A stretch of 56,044 nucleotides of DNA, taken from an uncultured Mollicutes bacterium. Lineage in GTDB: Bacteria > Bacillota_I > Bacilli_A > RFN20 > CAG-826. Shown one piece after another: positions 46,303 through 56,028 of this stretch. Numbering within the stretch: the stretch's first letter is position 1; each line of letters begins with the position of its first letter. The position numbers and the translations under genes were made by a program. Under the pieces are notes generated by a model. That model was not told where the DNA came from. It searched no databases and saw only the letters and a program-made list of their open reading frames with translations. The DNA is taken from the NCBI GenBank assembly GCA_946539555.1, contig CAMNHN010000002.1, forward strand, positions 1 to 56,044. Direction: 5' to 3'.

Positions 46303-46884
46303 TTATTCAGCTGGTTTTTCTTCTGGTTGTTCTTCAGTTTTTTTAGTTTCAGCGGCTGCTTTTGCTTTTTCTTCAGCTGCAAGTCTTGCTGCTCTTAATG
46401 TGTTAACAACCTTAACAACAACGAATAATGTAACAGCAATAATAAGGAATGAAATAACTGCGTTAATTAATGCTCCCCAGTCGATAACTGCTGACATGTT
46501 GTATGTATATGTTGTTCCATGAAGTGTGTACTTACTATTGATTAAGTTTGTACCATATGTAACTGGATCAACTGCACCAGCTTGTGCGCCAAGGTATGTA
46601 GCATATTCTGTAAGTTTTGATGCTTCAAAGAATTGAAGTGGTTCGCCACCAGCAGCCATAACTAAACCTCTTTGTGCATCGTTTAATGCTGGTAAAACGG
46701 TAACAAGACCATTAATACCACCAGGGACTGCCCATGTTGCTAAACTCATTAAGATATTAACAAGAGCTGTAACAATAGCACTGAAAGCACCGCCGATGAC
46801 AACACCAACAGCCATATCGAAGGCGTTACCACGGGAGATAAAAGCTTTAAATTCATTCCAAAGCTTAAATTGTTTTTTGGCCAT
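46303..46884 (-). CDS. mscL: Large-conductance mechanosensitive channel MscL (expanded extracytoplasmic loop)
   Basis: N-terminus EFKAFISRGNAFDMAVGVVIGGAF is the MscL signature. TM2 ALINAVISFLIIAVTLF. 193 aa. Confidence 0.88.
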   Translation of the reverse strand: MAKKQFKLWNEFKAFISRGNAFDMAVGVVIGGAFSAIVTALVNILMSLATWAVPGGINGLVTVLPALNDAQRGLVMAAGGEPLQFFEASKLTEYATYLGAQAGAVDPVTYGTNLINSKYTLHGTTYTYNMSAVIDWGALINAVISFLIIAVTLFVVVKVVNTLRAARLAAEEKAKAAAETKKTEEQPEEKPAE

Positions 46885-47027
46885 AAATAATCTCCTTATG
46901 CATATTATTTTATTATTCTTAAAAATAAAAGTATATTAAAAATATAATTTTAATTTTAATTTTCGTATTTCTGGAAAAGTTTATTATAATTATATGGGCG
47001 TATATTTCATTAACAAGGAGAACAGCT

Positions 47028-47918
47028 GTGAATAAAGTTATCGTTATTGCAGATTCAACAACAGATTTAAGCAAAGAATTGATTGAAAAGTATCAGATTA
47101 AAATCGTTCCTCTTCATGTAAGCATCCCAGGAGATGAAACCGATTATTTAGATGGTGTTAACTTAGATTCGCTTTCAATTTATGAAAAAGTAGATAAAAT
47201 TGGTAAAACACCTAAAACAGGAGCAAGAAATACAAGCGAATTAATCGAAGATTTTAAACCATATATTGAACAAGGATATGACATTATTTTTACAGGTATT
47301 GGAGCGTCAATGTCTTCAACATATAGCAATGCTTGCTTAGCTGCTCAAGAATTCCCAGAAGGAAGAATTGAAATAATCGATTCTCAAAACTTATCAACCG
47401 GAACCGGATTATTGGTTTTAAGAATGTGCGAATTAAGAGATGAAGGAAAAAATATTCATGAAATCGCAGAAGAAATTAAAAAATTAATTCCTTTAGTTAG
47501 TGCAAAATTCTGTATTGATGTTCTCGATTACCTTTATAAAGGCGGCAGATGTTCTGGAATGACAAAATTATTTGCTCAATTTTTAAGAATTCACCCAATT
47601 GCTAAAGTTATTGATGGAAAATTAACAATGTACAAACTTCCAAGAGGAAAATACAAAAAAGCAGTTGACCTTCAAATTGAAGAATTTGTTGAGGACTTTA
47701 AAGCAAATAACATTTATACAGATCATGTATTTGTTACTGATAGCGGAAGAATGGATGGCGAATCAGAATATGTTGTCGAAGAACTTTCAAAATATATTCC
47801 AAAAGAAGCGATACATGTCACTCAAGCAGGATGTGTTGTTTCTTCGCATTGTGGGCCAAAAACAATCGGAATTCTTTATATATTAAAAGAAAGAAAAAAG
47901 AATAAAAAAGAAAACTAA
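47028..47918 (+). CDS. DegV-family fatty-acid-binding protein
   Basis: VIADSTTDL N-terminus, 296 aa DegV pattern. GTG start 7 nt after AAGGAGAA. Confidence 0.88.
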   Translation: MNKVIVIADSTTDLSKELIEKYQIKIVPLHVSIPGDETDYLDGVNLDSLSIYEKVDKIGKTPKTGARNTSELIEDFKPYIEQGYDIIFTGIGASMSSTYSNACLAAQEFPEGRIEIIDSQNLSTGTGLLVLRMCELRDEGKNIHEIAEEIKKLIPLVSAKFCIDVLDYLYKGGRCSGMTKLFAQFLRIHPIAKVIDGKLTMYKLPRGKYKKAVDLQIEEFVEDFKANNIYTDHVFVTDSGRMDGESEYVVEELSKYIPKEAIHVTQAGCVVSSHCGPKTIGILYILKERKKNKKEN

Positions 47919-47940
47919 AAAGCGATCAAACGATCGCTTT
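47919..47940. terminator. Hairpin terminator between the DegV-family gene and pmbA (better T-run on the minus strand)
   Basis: AAAGCGATC-aaac-GATCGCTTT. The minus strand continues TTTTTAGTTTT. Confidence 0.7.
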
Positions 47941-47967
47941 AAAAATACGTAATTTTTAAAAATATGC

Positions 47968-49290
47968 TTATTCTGCAGAGATTTTGAGGTTTTTAACTGC
48001 CATTGAAACACAATTTATTGAACTTGAAAGAAGTTTTGAATTATTAGCTAATGCAATAACATCATTAAAAACATTAAATAAATTTCCACTTAATGTGAAC
48101 AATGTTAATGGTTTATCAAGTTTGCCGTTTTTAATGTGAAAACCTTCGGCTTGAAGGGAAAAATCACCACTAACAGGATTTAATCCTGCGTGCAAACCAG
48201 TAAGACTTGTAATATAAATTCCGTTTTTTATTTTTTCAAAGAGTTGCTCTTCAGAGAGTTTGCCTGGTTTTAAATAGATGTTGGTAAAACCAATACCCAT
48301 TTTAGAACCTCTTTCTCTAGCGTTCCCTGTTGTTTGAACTCCATCCTTTTTAGCTGTAGCAAGGTTGTAGAAGAAGGTCTTTAAAACACCTTTATCTATA
48401 ATCTTTTTATTTGTTGTTGCAACGCCTTCATCGTCAAAATATGTATAGAATAAATTCTTTTCTAAAGGTCTTTCTTCAACTGTGATTTTGTTAGAAAAGA
48501 CTTTTGTATTTAATTTGCCTTCAAAAACTGATGAGTGCTTTTGAATAGATTCGCTATTTGCATTTGAAATTGCTGAAGCAAGTAAGCTTGCGACACAGTT
48601 TTCTTTTAAAACAACTTTATATTTCCCGCTTTGAATTGGCTCTCCACCAAGTTTGCTTAATCCTTTTTCTACAAGCTTGTCTACAAACTCATCAACATTG
48701 AATTTTGATAGATCATTATCGAAAAATAAATCAAAAGCAGCCTTGGTTTCGTTTTCTTTTTCTGAAACAACAATTTCAGCATAAAAATAATATAAATTAC
48801 TTTTTGTTTTCAAATTTAAACCGTATGAATTAGCCAAAATTGATGTATCATCGCTTAGATCAAATCCAAGCTCAACATTCTTAATTTTATTTGATTTAGC
48901 ATATAGTTTGTTTTCAATCTCATGAAGTTTTTCGATAGCATCTTCAGGAGTAAATTTTGCTAATTCTTCATTATAGATGTTTTTCTTTTTATATTTTGGT
49001 GAACCTTTAAAAATAATTGCTTCGTCGTTCGATTCACTTAAAGAGGCCGCCTCTTTTATGGTGTTTATGATATAAGAAGGAGTGGTTTTATCGTCGTTTT
49101 CGACACTAACAAAACCCATTTTTCCATTATAAATTCCTCTTGCGGTGAAATTTTTATCAACAGAAACGGAATAAAGAACAATCTCACCTTTAAACATACT
49201 AATTGAAAGAGATTTGTTTCTTGTTTCCTCAATATCGGCGGCTTCTATCCCGTTTAACTTCGCTAATTCAAAAAACTTTTTAAAATTCAT
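47968..49290 (-). CDS. pmbA: PmbA/TldE-family protein (non-catalytic partner of TldD)
   Basis: TldD/PmbA fold pattern without HExxxH. C-terminus GDFS..A.G..I.NG. Start trimmed to ATG 49290, 8 nt after GGAGG, overlapping the tldD end by 11 nt. Confidence 0.82.
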   Translation of the reverse strand: MNFKKFFELAKLNGIEAADIEETRNKSLSISMFKGEIVLYSVSVDKNFTARGIYNGKMGFVSVENDDKTTPSYIINTIKEAASLSESNDEAIIFKGSPKYKKKNIYNEELAKFTPEDAIEKLHEIENKLYAKSNKIKNVELGFDLSDDTSILANSYGLNLKTKSNLYYFYAEIVVSEKENETKAAFDLFFDNDLSKFNVDEFVDKLVEKGLSKLGGEPIQSGKYKVVLKENCVASLLASAISNANSESIQKHSSVFEGKLNTKVFSNKITVEERPLEKNLFYTYFDDEGVATTNKKIIDKGVLKTFFYNLATAKKDGVQTTGNARERGSKMGIGFTNIYLKPGKLSEEQLFEKIKNGIYITSLTGLHAGLNPVSGDFSLQAEGFHIKNGKLDKPLTLFTLSGNLFNVFNDVIALANNSKLLSSSINCVSMAVKNLKISAE

Positions 49291-50686
49291 AGATAGATCC
49301 TCCTCTACCTCCAACAACTATTTCATCAACTCTGATTGTTGGTTGACCAACATTAACAGGAATACTTCCAGAAGAGGACCCACACATTCCTTGTCCTAGG
49401 GCTAAATCGTTTCCAACCATATCGATATGCATCAAAATATCACGAGCATTACCGACTAAAGTTGCACCTCTAACGGGTTCAGTAATTTTACCATCTTTAA
49501 CAATATAGGCTTCAGAACAACCAAAATTGAATTCGCCTGTTGCTGGGTTCACGCTACCCCCACCAAAAGAAACAGCGTATAAAGCAAGTTTTGTATTTTT
49601 TATAATTTCTTCAGGTGTAGATTTTCCTGGAGCAATATAAGTATTACTCATTCTTGATGTTGGTTCATATTTATAACTTTCTCTTCTTGAAGCGCCGTTT
49701 CCTGGTTCGTTCATTCTACGTCCATTAAAATCATCAATTAAATAACTTGTTAAGATGCCGTTTTTAATAAGTTCATGTTTAACTGGAACATTTCCTTCAT
49801 CATCGACATTAAATGAGCCCCATTCATTAGGAATAGTTGGATCATCATAAGCCGAAACAATTGGATTTGCGATTTGCTCTCCTAATTTTCCAGAGAAGAC
49901 GCTTAAACCTTTAGCAACAGAGGTTGCCTCGAGTTGGTGGCCACAAGCTTCATGAAATATAACGCCACCCCATCCATTACCAATAATGACTGGAAATTTA
50001 CCTGATGGAGCTTCTTTTGCTTGCAACATCAAAATAACTTTTTTAGCATGTTCGGTAGCTAAAGCCTTCAAATCTAAGGTTTTTGTGAAAAATTCCCATC
50101 CACCTTGAGCGGCTGGTCCATCGAATCTTGTTTCTATTTTTCCGTTTTCTTGTGCAACACTTTCAATGATAAATCTCCCATATTCTCTGAAATTTTTAAA
50201 CATCAATCCTTTGCTATTAAAGATTTCGTTATCGTTAGTTTTAATAATCATCGCAGTTGTGCTTTTTACAATTCGAGGATCATAATCAGATAAAATTTTA
50301 TTTATATCTTTTAATAAAGTGACAACTTCACTTTTAGGAATTGAGGTAAGTGGAGTAAAAGGTTTATTAAAATTTTTGTGCTTTTTAAGTGTAAATGAAG
50401 TGACTTCATTAATTTGTCTTTCACCTTTAAAAGAAGCGGAAAGCTCTTTTGCTAGTTGAAGTAATGATTTTCTTGAAATGTCGCCTGTAGAGCCATAAAC
50501 ACTTTGTGTCCCTTTTAAAAGCCTTAGTCCGACTCCAGAAATATTTGTGTTTCTTGTTTCTTCAACCTTTCCGTTTTCAACTTCTAAATATGAACTAAAG
50601 GTATTTTCAGCAAAGATTTCAACAAAATCTGCGCCTGTTTGAGAAGCTACGTTAATAACTTCGGCAGCTAATTTCTTTGATATCAT
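49280..50686 (-). CDS. tldD: TldD metalloprotease
   Basis: HEACGHQLE (HExxxH) motif, and a C-terminus matching the family (GMCGSSSGS.PV). Confidence 0.88.
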   Translation of the reverse strand: MISKKLAAEVINVASQTGADFVEIFAENTFSSYLEVENGKVEETRNTNISGVGLRLLKGTQSVYGSTGDISRKSLLQLAKELSASFKGERQINEVTSFTLKKHKNFNKPFTPLTSIPKSEVVTLLKDINKILSDYDPRIVKSTTAMIIKTNDNEIFNSKGLMFKNFREYGRFIIESVAQENGKIETRFDGPAAQGGWEFFTKTLDLKALATEHAKKVILMLQAKEAPSGKFPVIIGNGWGGVIFHEACGHQLEATSVAKGLSVFSGKLGEQIANPIVSAYDDPTIPNEWGSFNVDDEGNVPVKHELIKNGILTSYLIDDFNGRRMNEPGNGASRRESYKYEPTSRMSNTYIAPGKSTPEEIIKNTKLALYAVSFGGGSVNPATGEFNFGCSEAYIVKDGKITEPVRGATLVGNARDILMHIDMVGNDLALGQGMCGSSSGSIPVNVGQPTIRVDEIVVGGRGGSIYEF

Positions 50687-50769
50687 GGATTTTTCCTCCT
50701 GCTAAATATTATAAATGTATATAGAAAAAATAAAATTTAATAATTTTCTTTATTAAAAAAGTTTAATAT

Positions 50770-51555
50770 ATGAATATGAAGACAAAATATCCGATTATTT
50801 TAGTTCACGGAGCGCTAGTGAAGAACTGGTTATTTTATCGTTGTTTTGGAAAAATCGATAAGATATTAAAAAAAGAAGGATATGTAGTTTATATAGCAAA
50901 TATTGATGCTTGTGGAAGTATTGAAAATAATGCTAGCCAACTTAAATCATATATAAATAAGATAATAGAAAAGGAAAACGTAGAAAAAGTGAACCTAATT
51001 TGTCACTCAAAAGGTGGGTTAGATGCAAAATACATGATTGATAATTTAGATGAAGCACACCACGTTGCAAGTGTTAGTGCGCTTTGTTCACCTTTTAAAG
51101 GTACACCAGTTGCTACAGCTATGATGAATCAACCTAAATGGATTATTGCGCTTGAAAATTTCTTTATGAAAATATTTTATAAATTAATTGGAGACAAAAA
51201 ACCAGTTCCTAAAATCCTTGGTAATCAACTTAAACGTATAAACACATTAGAGGAACCAGAGATGGTACTTCAAGAAGGGATATATTTTCAAAGTTTTTCA
51301 GCAAAAACAAACAGCATAAAAGATAATTTTATTGATTCTCTCCCGCTTTTAATATCGCGTCATATGGAAAACGTGCCAACAGATGGCTTAGTTCCTCTAG
51401 ATTCAACTATATTTGGTAATTATAGAGGATTAATAAGTGAAGAAAATTTATCTCATAACCAAGTAATTGATAACACCGCATCATATAAAAAGAAGAAGAT
51501 AATCTTCGAATTCTATAAAAATTTAGCGAAAGATTTAGCTGATCGAGGATTTTAA
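50770..51555 (+). CDS. Alpha/beta-hydrolase, lipase/esterase-like, no signal peptide
   Basis: YPIILVHG oxyanion region and nucleophile elbow CHSKGG (GxSxG type). 261 aa. Confidence 0.7.
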   Translation: MNMKTKYPIILVHGALVKNWLFYRCFGKIDKILKKEGYVVYIANIDACGSIENNASQLKSYINKIIEKENVEKVNLICHSKGGLDAKYMIDNLDEAHHVASVSALCSPFKGTPVATAMMNQPKWIIALENFFMKIFYKLIGDKKPVPKILGNQLKRINTLEEPEMVLQEGIYFQSFSAKTNSIKDNFIDSLPLLISRHMENVPTDGLVPLDSTIFGNYRGLISEENLSHNQVIDNTASYKKKKIIFEFYKNLAKDLADRGF

Positions 51556-51660
51556 AAATTTAATAAAAAAAGATTGATTGAAAGAAGAAAAAAATATAAC
51601 ATATATGCACATGCTTTCTTAAAGATCGCATTTGAATCTTTAGGCGGAAGGAGTAATGAA

Positions 51661-51867
51661 ATGAAGCAAGGAATTCATCCAAATTACCATGTATGTAAAG
51701 TCACCTGCATCACATGCGGAAACGTATTTGAAACAGAATCAACATTAAAAGAAATTAAAGTTGATACATGCTCAAATTGCCACCCATTCTACACAGGAAA
51801 ACAAAGATTTACACAATCAGATGGTAGAGTTGACCGTTTCAACAAAAAATACGGATTTAAGAAATAA
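51661..51867 (+). CDS. rpmE: 50S ribosomal protein L31 (zinc-binding type A)
   Basis: [10 protein letters not shown]..., CxxC (CITC) plus [15 protein letters not shown] 51661 follows GGAAGGAG. The upstream track extension is rejected. Confidence 0.93.
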   Translation: MKQGIHPNYHVCKVTCITCGNVFETESTLKEIKVDTCSNCHPFYTGKQRFTQSDGRVDRFNKKYGFKK

Positions 51868-51874
51868 GAAAACT

Positions 51875-51897
51875 GGAATCGTGAGATTCCTTTTTTT
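51875..51897 (+). terminator. rpmE intrinsic terminator
   Basis: GGAATC-gtga-GATTCC followed by T7. Confidence 0.85.
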
Positions 51898-51976
51898 CAC
51901 CTCGTTTAATTAACAAATAGAATGAAAAAAATACCAATAAGTGATAAATTATTTAGCAGTAAGGAAGGACGTATTT

Positions 51977-53569
51977 ATGGAAAAGAAAAGATTATATATT
52001 ACAACGCCTATTTATTATCCTAGTGGGAATCCACATATCGGGCACGCATATTGCACAACCTTAGCAGATGTTATTGCACGTGATAGACGAATGAGACACT
52101 ATGAAACTTATTTTCTTACTGGAACAGATGAACACGGTCAAAAAATAGAAAAAAATGCCAAATTAGCAGGCTTATCACCATTAGAATATGTTGATAATAT
52201 GGTTGCAGTTTTTAAAAAATTGTGGGAAGCTTTAAAAATTTCTAATGACGATTTTATTAGAACTACACAAGATAGACACGTTGAATGTGTTCAAAAAGTT
52301 TTTTCTAATCTTTATAAAAACGATGATATCTATTTAGGAAAATATGAAGGATGGTATTGCACACCTTGTGAGTCGTTTTGGACCGAAACACAAGTTGGCG
52401 AAAATCATCTTTGTCCTGATTGTGGTAGACCAGTTGAAAAATCAACAGAAGAATGTTTCTTTTTCAAGACAAAGAAATATTTAAACAATGTTTTGAAGTG
52501 GTATGAGAATCCAAAATCAGTTTATCCTGAAAGCAGAAAAAACGAGATGGTTAACACATTTATTAAACCTGGACTTGAAGATTTATGTGTATCTAGAACC
52601 TCATTTACACGGGGTGTCCCTCTAAAAGAAGGAGAAAAACACATCTCTTATGTTTGGTTAGATGCTCTTGTTAATTATATTAGCGCTTTAGGTTATGGAA
52701 CTGATCATGACGAGCTTTATCAAAAGTTTTGGGCAAGTGAAGAAACCGAAATTGTTCATCTTATTGGAGCAGATATTACACGATTCCACACAATTTATTG
52801 GCCAGAATTCTTATCAAGCATTGGTGCAAGACTTCCTGATAGAGTTTTTGTCCATGGTCTTTTGATGATGAAAGATGGGAAAATGTCAAAATCTAAAGGA
52901 AATGTTGTTTCGCCTTACCCATTAATTGAAAGATATGGAGTAGATGCTGTCAGATATTATCTTGTTAGAGAAGTTGTTTTTGGACAAGACGGTCAATTTA
53001 CCCCAGAACAATTTGTTGAACGTATTAATGCAGACCTTGTTAACAATTTAGGTAACCTTGTTTCTAGAACAGTTTCGATGGTTGACAAATATTTCGGTGG
53101 AAAAATCCCAGAATTTAAGAGCGACATCAACGAATTTGATCACGAATTAGAAGTAATGACAAATAACATAATCCAAAGTTATGTTGAAAAGATGAAAAAT
53201 CTTGAAGTTACGGAAGCTTATATTGATGTTATGAATTTGCTTGGAAGAGCTAATAAATATATTGAAGAATCAACTCCATGGGTTTTAGCAAAAGATGAAA
53301 GTAAAAAAGCAAATCTTGAAAGTGTAATGGCACATCTTGCAAGAGTTATCTTTGTTGGCGCAAAGCTTTTAGAGCCAATCCTTGTTGATAAGAGTAAAGA
53401 AATATTTGTTCAACTTGGATTAAGCGAGCAAGAAACGGACTTCGATAATTTAAATAACTCATCTCTTCTTGATAATCATCAAGTAAATAAAACAGGAGTA
53501 TTGTTCCCAAGACTTGATGTAGCAAAAGAAGTAGAATTTATAAAAGGATTAATGAACGGAAACAAATAA
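51977..53569 (+). CDS. metG: Methionine--tRNA ligase (short form without a C-terminal tRNA-binding appendix)
   Basis: HIGH motif (PHIGHAY), zinc knuckle CTPCE...CPDCG, KMSKS. ATG 51977 follows AAGGAAGGA. 530 aa. Confidence 0.93.
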   Translation: MEKKRLYITTPIYYPSGNPHIGHAYCTTLADVIARDRRMRHYETYFLTGTDEHGQKIEKNAKLAGLSPLEYVDNMVAVFKKLWEALKISNDDFIRTTQDRHVECVQKVFSNLYKNDDIYLGKYEGWYCTPCESFWTETQVGENHLCPDCGRPVEKSTEECFFFKTKKYLNNVLKWYENPKSVYPESRKNEMVNTFIKPGLEDLCVSRTSFTRGVPLKEGEKHISYVWLDALVNYISALGYGTDHDELYQKFWASEETEIVHLIGADITRFHTIYWPEFLSSIGARLPDRVFVHGLLMMKDGKMSKSKGNVVSPYPLIERYGVDAVRYYLVREVVFGQDGQFTPEQFVERINADLVNNLGNLVSRTVSMVDKYFGGKIPEFKSDINEFDHELEVMTNNIIQSYVEKMKNLEVTEAYIDVMNLLGRANKYIEESTPWVLAKDESKKANLESVMAHLARVIFVGAKLLEPILVDKSKEIFVQLGLSEQETDFDNLNNSSLLDNHQVNKTGVLFPRLDVAKEVEFIKGLMNGNK

Positions 53570-53571
53570 AA

Positions 53572-53598
53572 AGGACATGCAAAACGCATGTCTTATTT
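53572..53598 (+). terminator. metG intrinsic terminator
   Basis: GACATGC-aaaac-GCATGTC followed by TTATTTGT. Confidence 0.7.
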
Positions 53599-53599
53599 G

Positions 53600-53629
53600 T
53601 AAAAACCCTGCAAAACTCGACTATTTTTA
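53600..53629 (+). repeat. Copy B of the 30-nt motif (TAAAAACCCTGCAAAACTCGACTATTTTTA)
   Basis: Lies between the metG terminator and the ldh stop codon. The last 3 nt are the ldh stop on the opposite strand. Confidence 0.7.
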
Positions 53630-54574
53630 ATTTTGTTCAATTGTTTTAATTACTTTTTTAATTTCGTTTGCACTTTTTTGAAGTTGCTTTCTTTCAGAAA
53701 CCGATAAAGGCATTTCAAGGATTTCTTCTACGCCGCCTTTACCAACAATGCAAGGTACAGATAGCGCTAAATCGTTAAGATAATACTCGCCATCAAGTTC
53801 TGCCGATACAGGAAGCATACTCTTTTCATCGTTAATTACAGCTTGGCAAATTTTTCCAACAGCCATGGCTATACCATAATAAGTTGCTCCCTTTTTCTTA
53901 ATAATTTCGTAAGCAGACATTCTAACGTCTTCATCGATTTGATTCATTGTGTCTTCAAAGCGATCAAAACCTTTCATCTCATAAAATTCTTTTAATGGAA
54001 TTCCTGAAACATTAGAAATACTATTTACTGCAAGCTCACTATCGCCGTGTTCACCAATAATAACTGTGTGAACGTTTCTAGAATCGACATTCAATTTTTT
54101 AGCAAGTAAATATTTAAGTCTTGCTGTATCTAAAACTGTGCCACTACCAAAAACTCTTTCTTTTGGTAAACCACTATATTTAATTGCAAAGTGAGTTAAA
54201 ACATCAACTGGATTTGAGACAATTAATAAAATTCCTTCAATGCCGACTTCGTTTAAATTGTCGATAACGCTCTTAAGAATTTTACTATTCTTGTTTATTA
54301 AATCTAATCTAGTTTCGCCTTCTTTTTGAGCAGCGCCACTCGTGATAATAATCATTGCCGCATCTTTTAAATCTTTATATTCTCCTGAATAGATTTCCAT
54401 AGGAGAAGAATAAGGCAAACCATGACTTAAATCCATAGCTTCACCTTCAGCTTTTGCTTTATTTATATCAACAAGTACCATTTCAGAAAAGAGATCTTTT
54501 TGTACTAGATGAAACGCAATTGAAGCGCCAACATTTCCTAACCCAATAATTCCTACTTTTTTAATATTAACCAT
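53627..54574 (-). CDS. ldh: L-lactate dehydrogenase
   Basis: NAD fold GIIGLGNVGAS, catalytic IGEHGDS, 315 aa. Strong SD AAGGAGGTGA. Confidence 0.93.
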   Translation of the reverse strand: MVNIKKVGIIGLGNVGASIAFHLVQKDLFSEMVLVDINKAKAEGEAMDLSHGLPYSSPMEIYSGEYKDLKDAAMIIITSGAAQKEGETRLDLINKNSKILKSVIDNLNEVGIEGILLIVSNPVDVLTHFAIKYSGLPKERVFGSGTVLDTARLKYLLAKKLNVDSRNVHTVIIGEHGDSELAVNSISNVSGIPLKEFYEMKGFDRFEDTMNQIDEDVRMSAYEIIKKKGATYYGIAMAVGKICQAVINDEKSMLPVSAELDGEYYLNDLALSVPCIVGKGGVEEILEMPLSVSERKQLQKSANEIKKVIKTIEQN

Positions 54575-54684
54575 AGTTTCACCTCCTTAAATATAATACC
54601 GTTTTTTAAGAAATTTTAATTTAAAAATGCATAAAAATTTATTACTTATTTCTTTGTTACATTTTAAATATTAAAATAAGGAAT

Positions 54685-56028
54685 ATGAAAAACGAAAAAG
54701 AAATTAGAAAAGTAAAATGTGTTGATTTCACATTTGATGGTCAAGGACTTGCAAAAGACGATAACAATCGTGTTGTCTTTGTTCCTTCGCTTTTAATTGA
54801 TGAAGAAGCAGAAGTAGAAATTTTATATAAGAAAAAAGATTTTGATGTTGGAAAAATCAAAAAGATTTTTTCTTTTTCAAAATATAGAATTAATCCAAAA
54901 TGTCCATGTTCGACTTCATGTGGAGGATGTTCATTTCAAAATTTAGATTACTCAAAAGAATTAGAATATAAAAAGAAAGTAGCTATTCAAACGCTTTCTA
55001 GGATTGCTGGTATTGATGCAAGAGGTGCAAACATCTATGGTATGGAAGAACCATATTATTATAGAAACAAGATTCAAGTTCCTTTTGGCTATGATAAGCA
55101 AAAAAGACTAGTTTATGGGTTCTATAAAATCAAAAGCCATGACATTGTTCCAATTACTGAATGTGCAATCCAATCGAAAGAACACGTAGAAATTTTAAAG
55201 ACAATTAAAGACCTAATTATTTCAATGAGACTACGTGCGTATGATGAAGATACTGGTCACGGCACATTTAGACACGTCCTTATTAGAGTAGGAAAAGTAA
55301 CTAAAGAAGTGATGGTAGTTTTAGTTGTTAAAGATGCAAAATTTGCTTCTCGACATAATTTTGTAAAAGCCTTAGTTTCTAAATGTCCAAACATTAAAAC
55401 TGTCGTTTTAAACGAAAATCCTCGCAAAACTAATGTTATTTTAGGAAACAAAGAAGAAATTTTATATGGTCCAGGATTTATTTATGATTATCTTTTAGGA
55501 GTAAAATTTAAAATTTCATCAAAATCTTTTTATCAAGTAAATCATGACCAATGCGAAAAACTTTATTCTTTAGCAATTGAAAAAGCTGCTTTAAAAAAGA
55601 GTGATACAATACTTGATGCATATTGCGGAATTGGAACAATTGGATTGATTGCTTCAAAAAACGTTAAAGAAGTTAATGGCGTTGAAGTTGTTGAAGAAGC
55701 AATTATTGATGCTAAAAATAACGCTAAGATAAACGGAATCACAAACTGCAATTTTGTATGTAAAGATGCTTCTGAATATTTAATTGATAAAAAATTTGAT
55801 TGTGTTTTTGTTGATCCTCCTAGAAAAGGGCTTGATACAAACTTTTTAAATGGGTTGATTAAAAATAAACCTGAAAAAATAATCTATATTTCTTGTGATG
55901 TAGGTACTCTCAGTAGGGATTTATCTATATTAAAAAAAGATTATGAAATTAAGTCTATTGACTTTGTTGATATGTTTCCTAGGACATATCATGTTGAGAC
56001 TGTCGTCAACTTAATACTCCGAAAGTAG
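54685..56028 (+). CDS. 23S rRNA (uracil-5-)-methyltransferase, RumA/RlmD family
   Basis: N-terminal TRAM-like domain, Fe-S cysteines CPCSTSCGGC, SAM motif DAYCGIGTIG, and C-terminal DPPR.G...ISCD. Confidence 0.85.
   Translation: MKNEKEIRKVKCVDFTFDGQGLAKDDNNRVVFVPSLLIDEEAEVEILYKKKDFDVGKIKKIFSFSKYRINPKCPCSTSCGGCSFQNLDYSKELEYKKKVAIQTLSRIAGIDARGANIYGMEEPYYYRNKIQVPFGYDKQKRLVYGFYKIKSHDIVPITECAIQSKEHVEILKTIKDLIISMRLRAYDEDTGHGTFRHVLIRVGKVTKEVMVVLVVKDAKFASRHNFVKALVSKCPNIKTVVLNENPRKTNVILGNKEEILYGPGFIYDYLLGVKFKISSKSFYQVNHDQCEKLYSLAIEKAALKKSDTILDAYCGIGTIGLIASKNVKEVNGVEVVEEAIIDAKNNAKINGITNCNFVCKDASEYLIDKKFDCVFVDPPRKGLDTNFLNGLIKNKPEKIIYISCDVGTLSRDLSILKKDYEIKSIDFVDMFPRTYHVETVVNLILRK

Noticed and set aside
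47665-47886. 73-aa overlapping ORF within the DegV-family gene (same strand, other frame)
   Set aside because: It is embedded in a conserved DegV coding frame, has no SD, and the product has no recognisable features.
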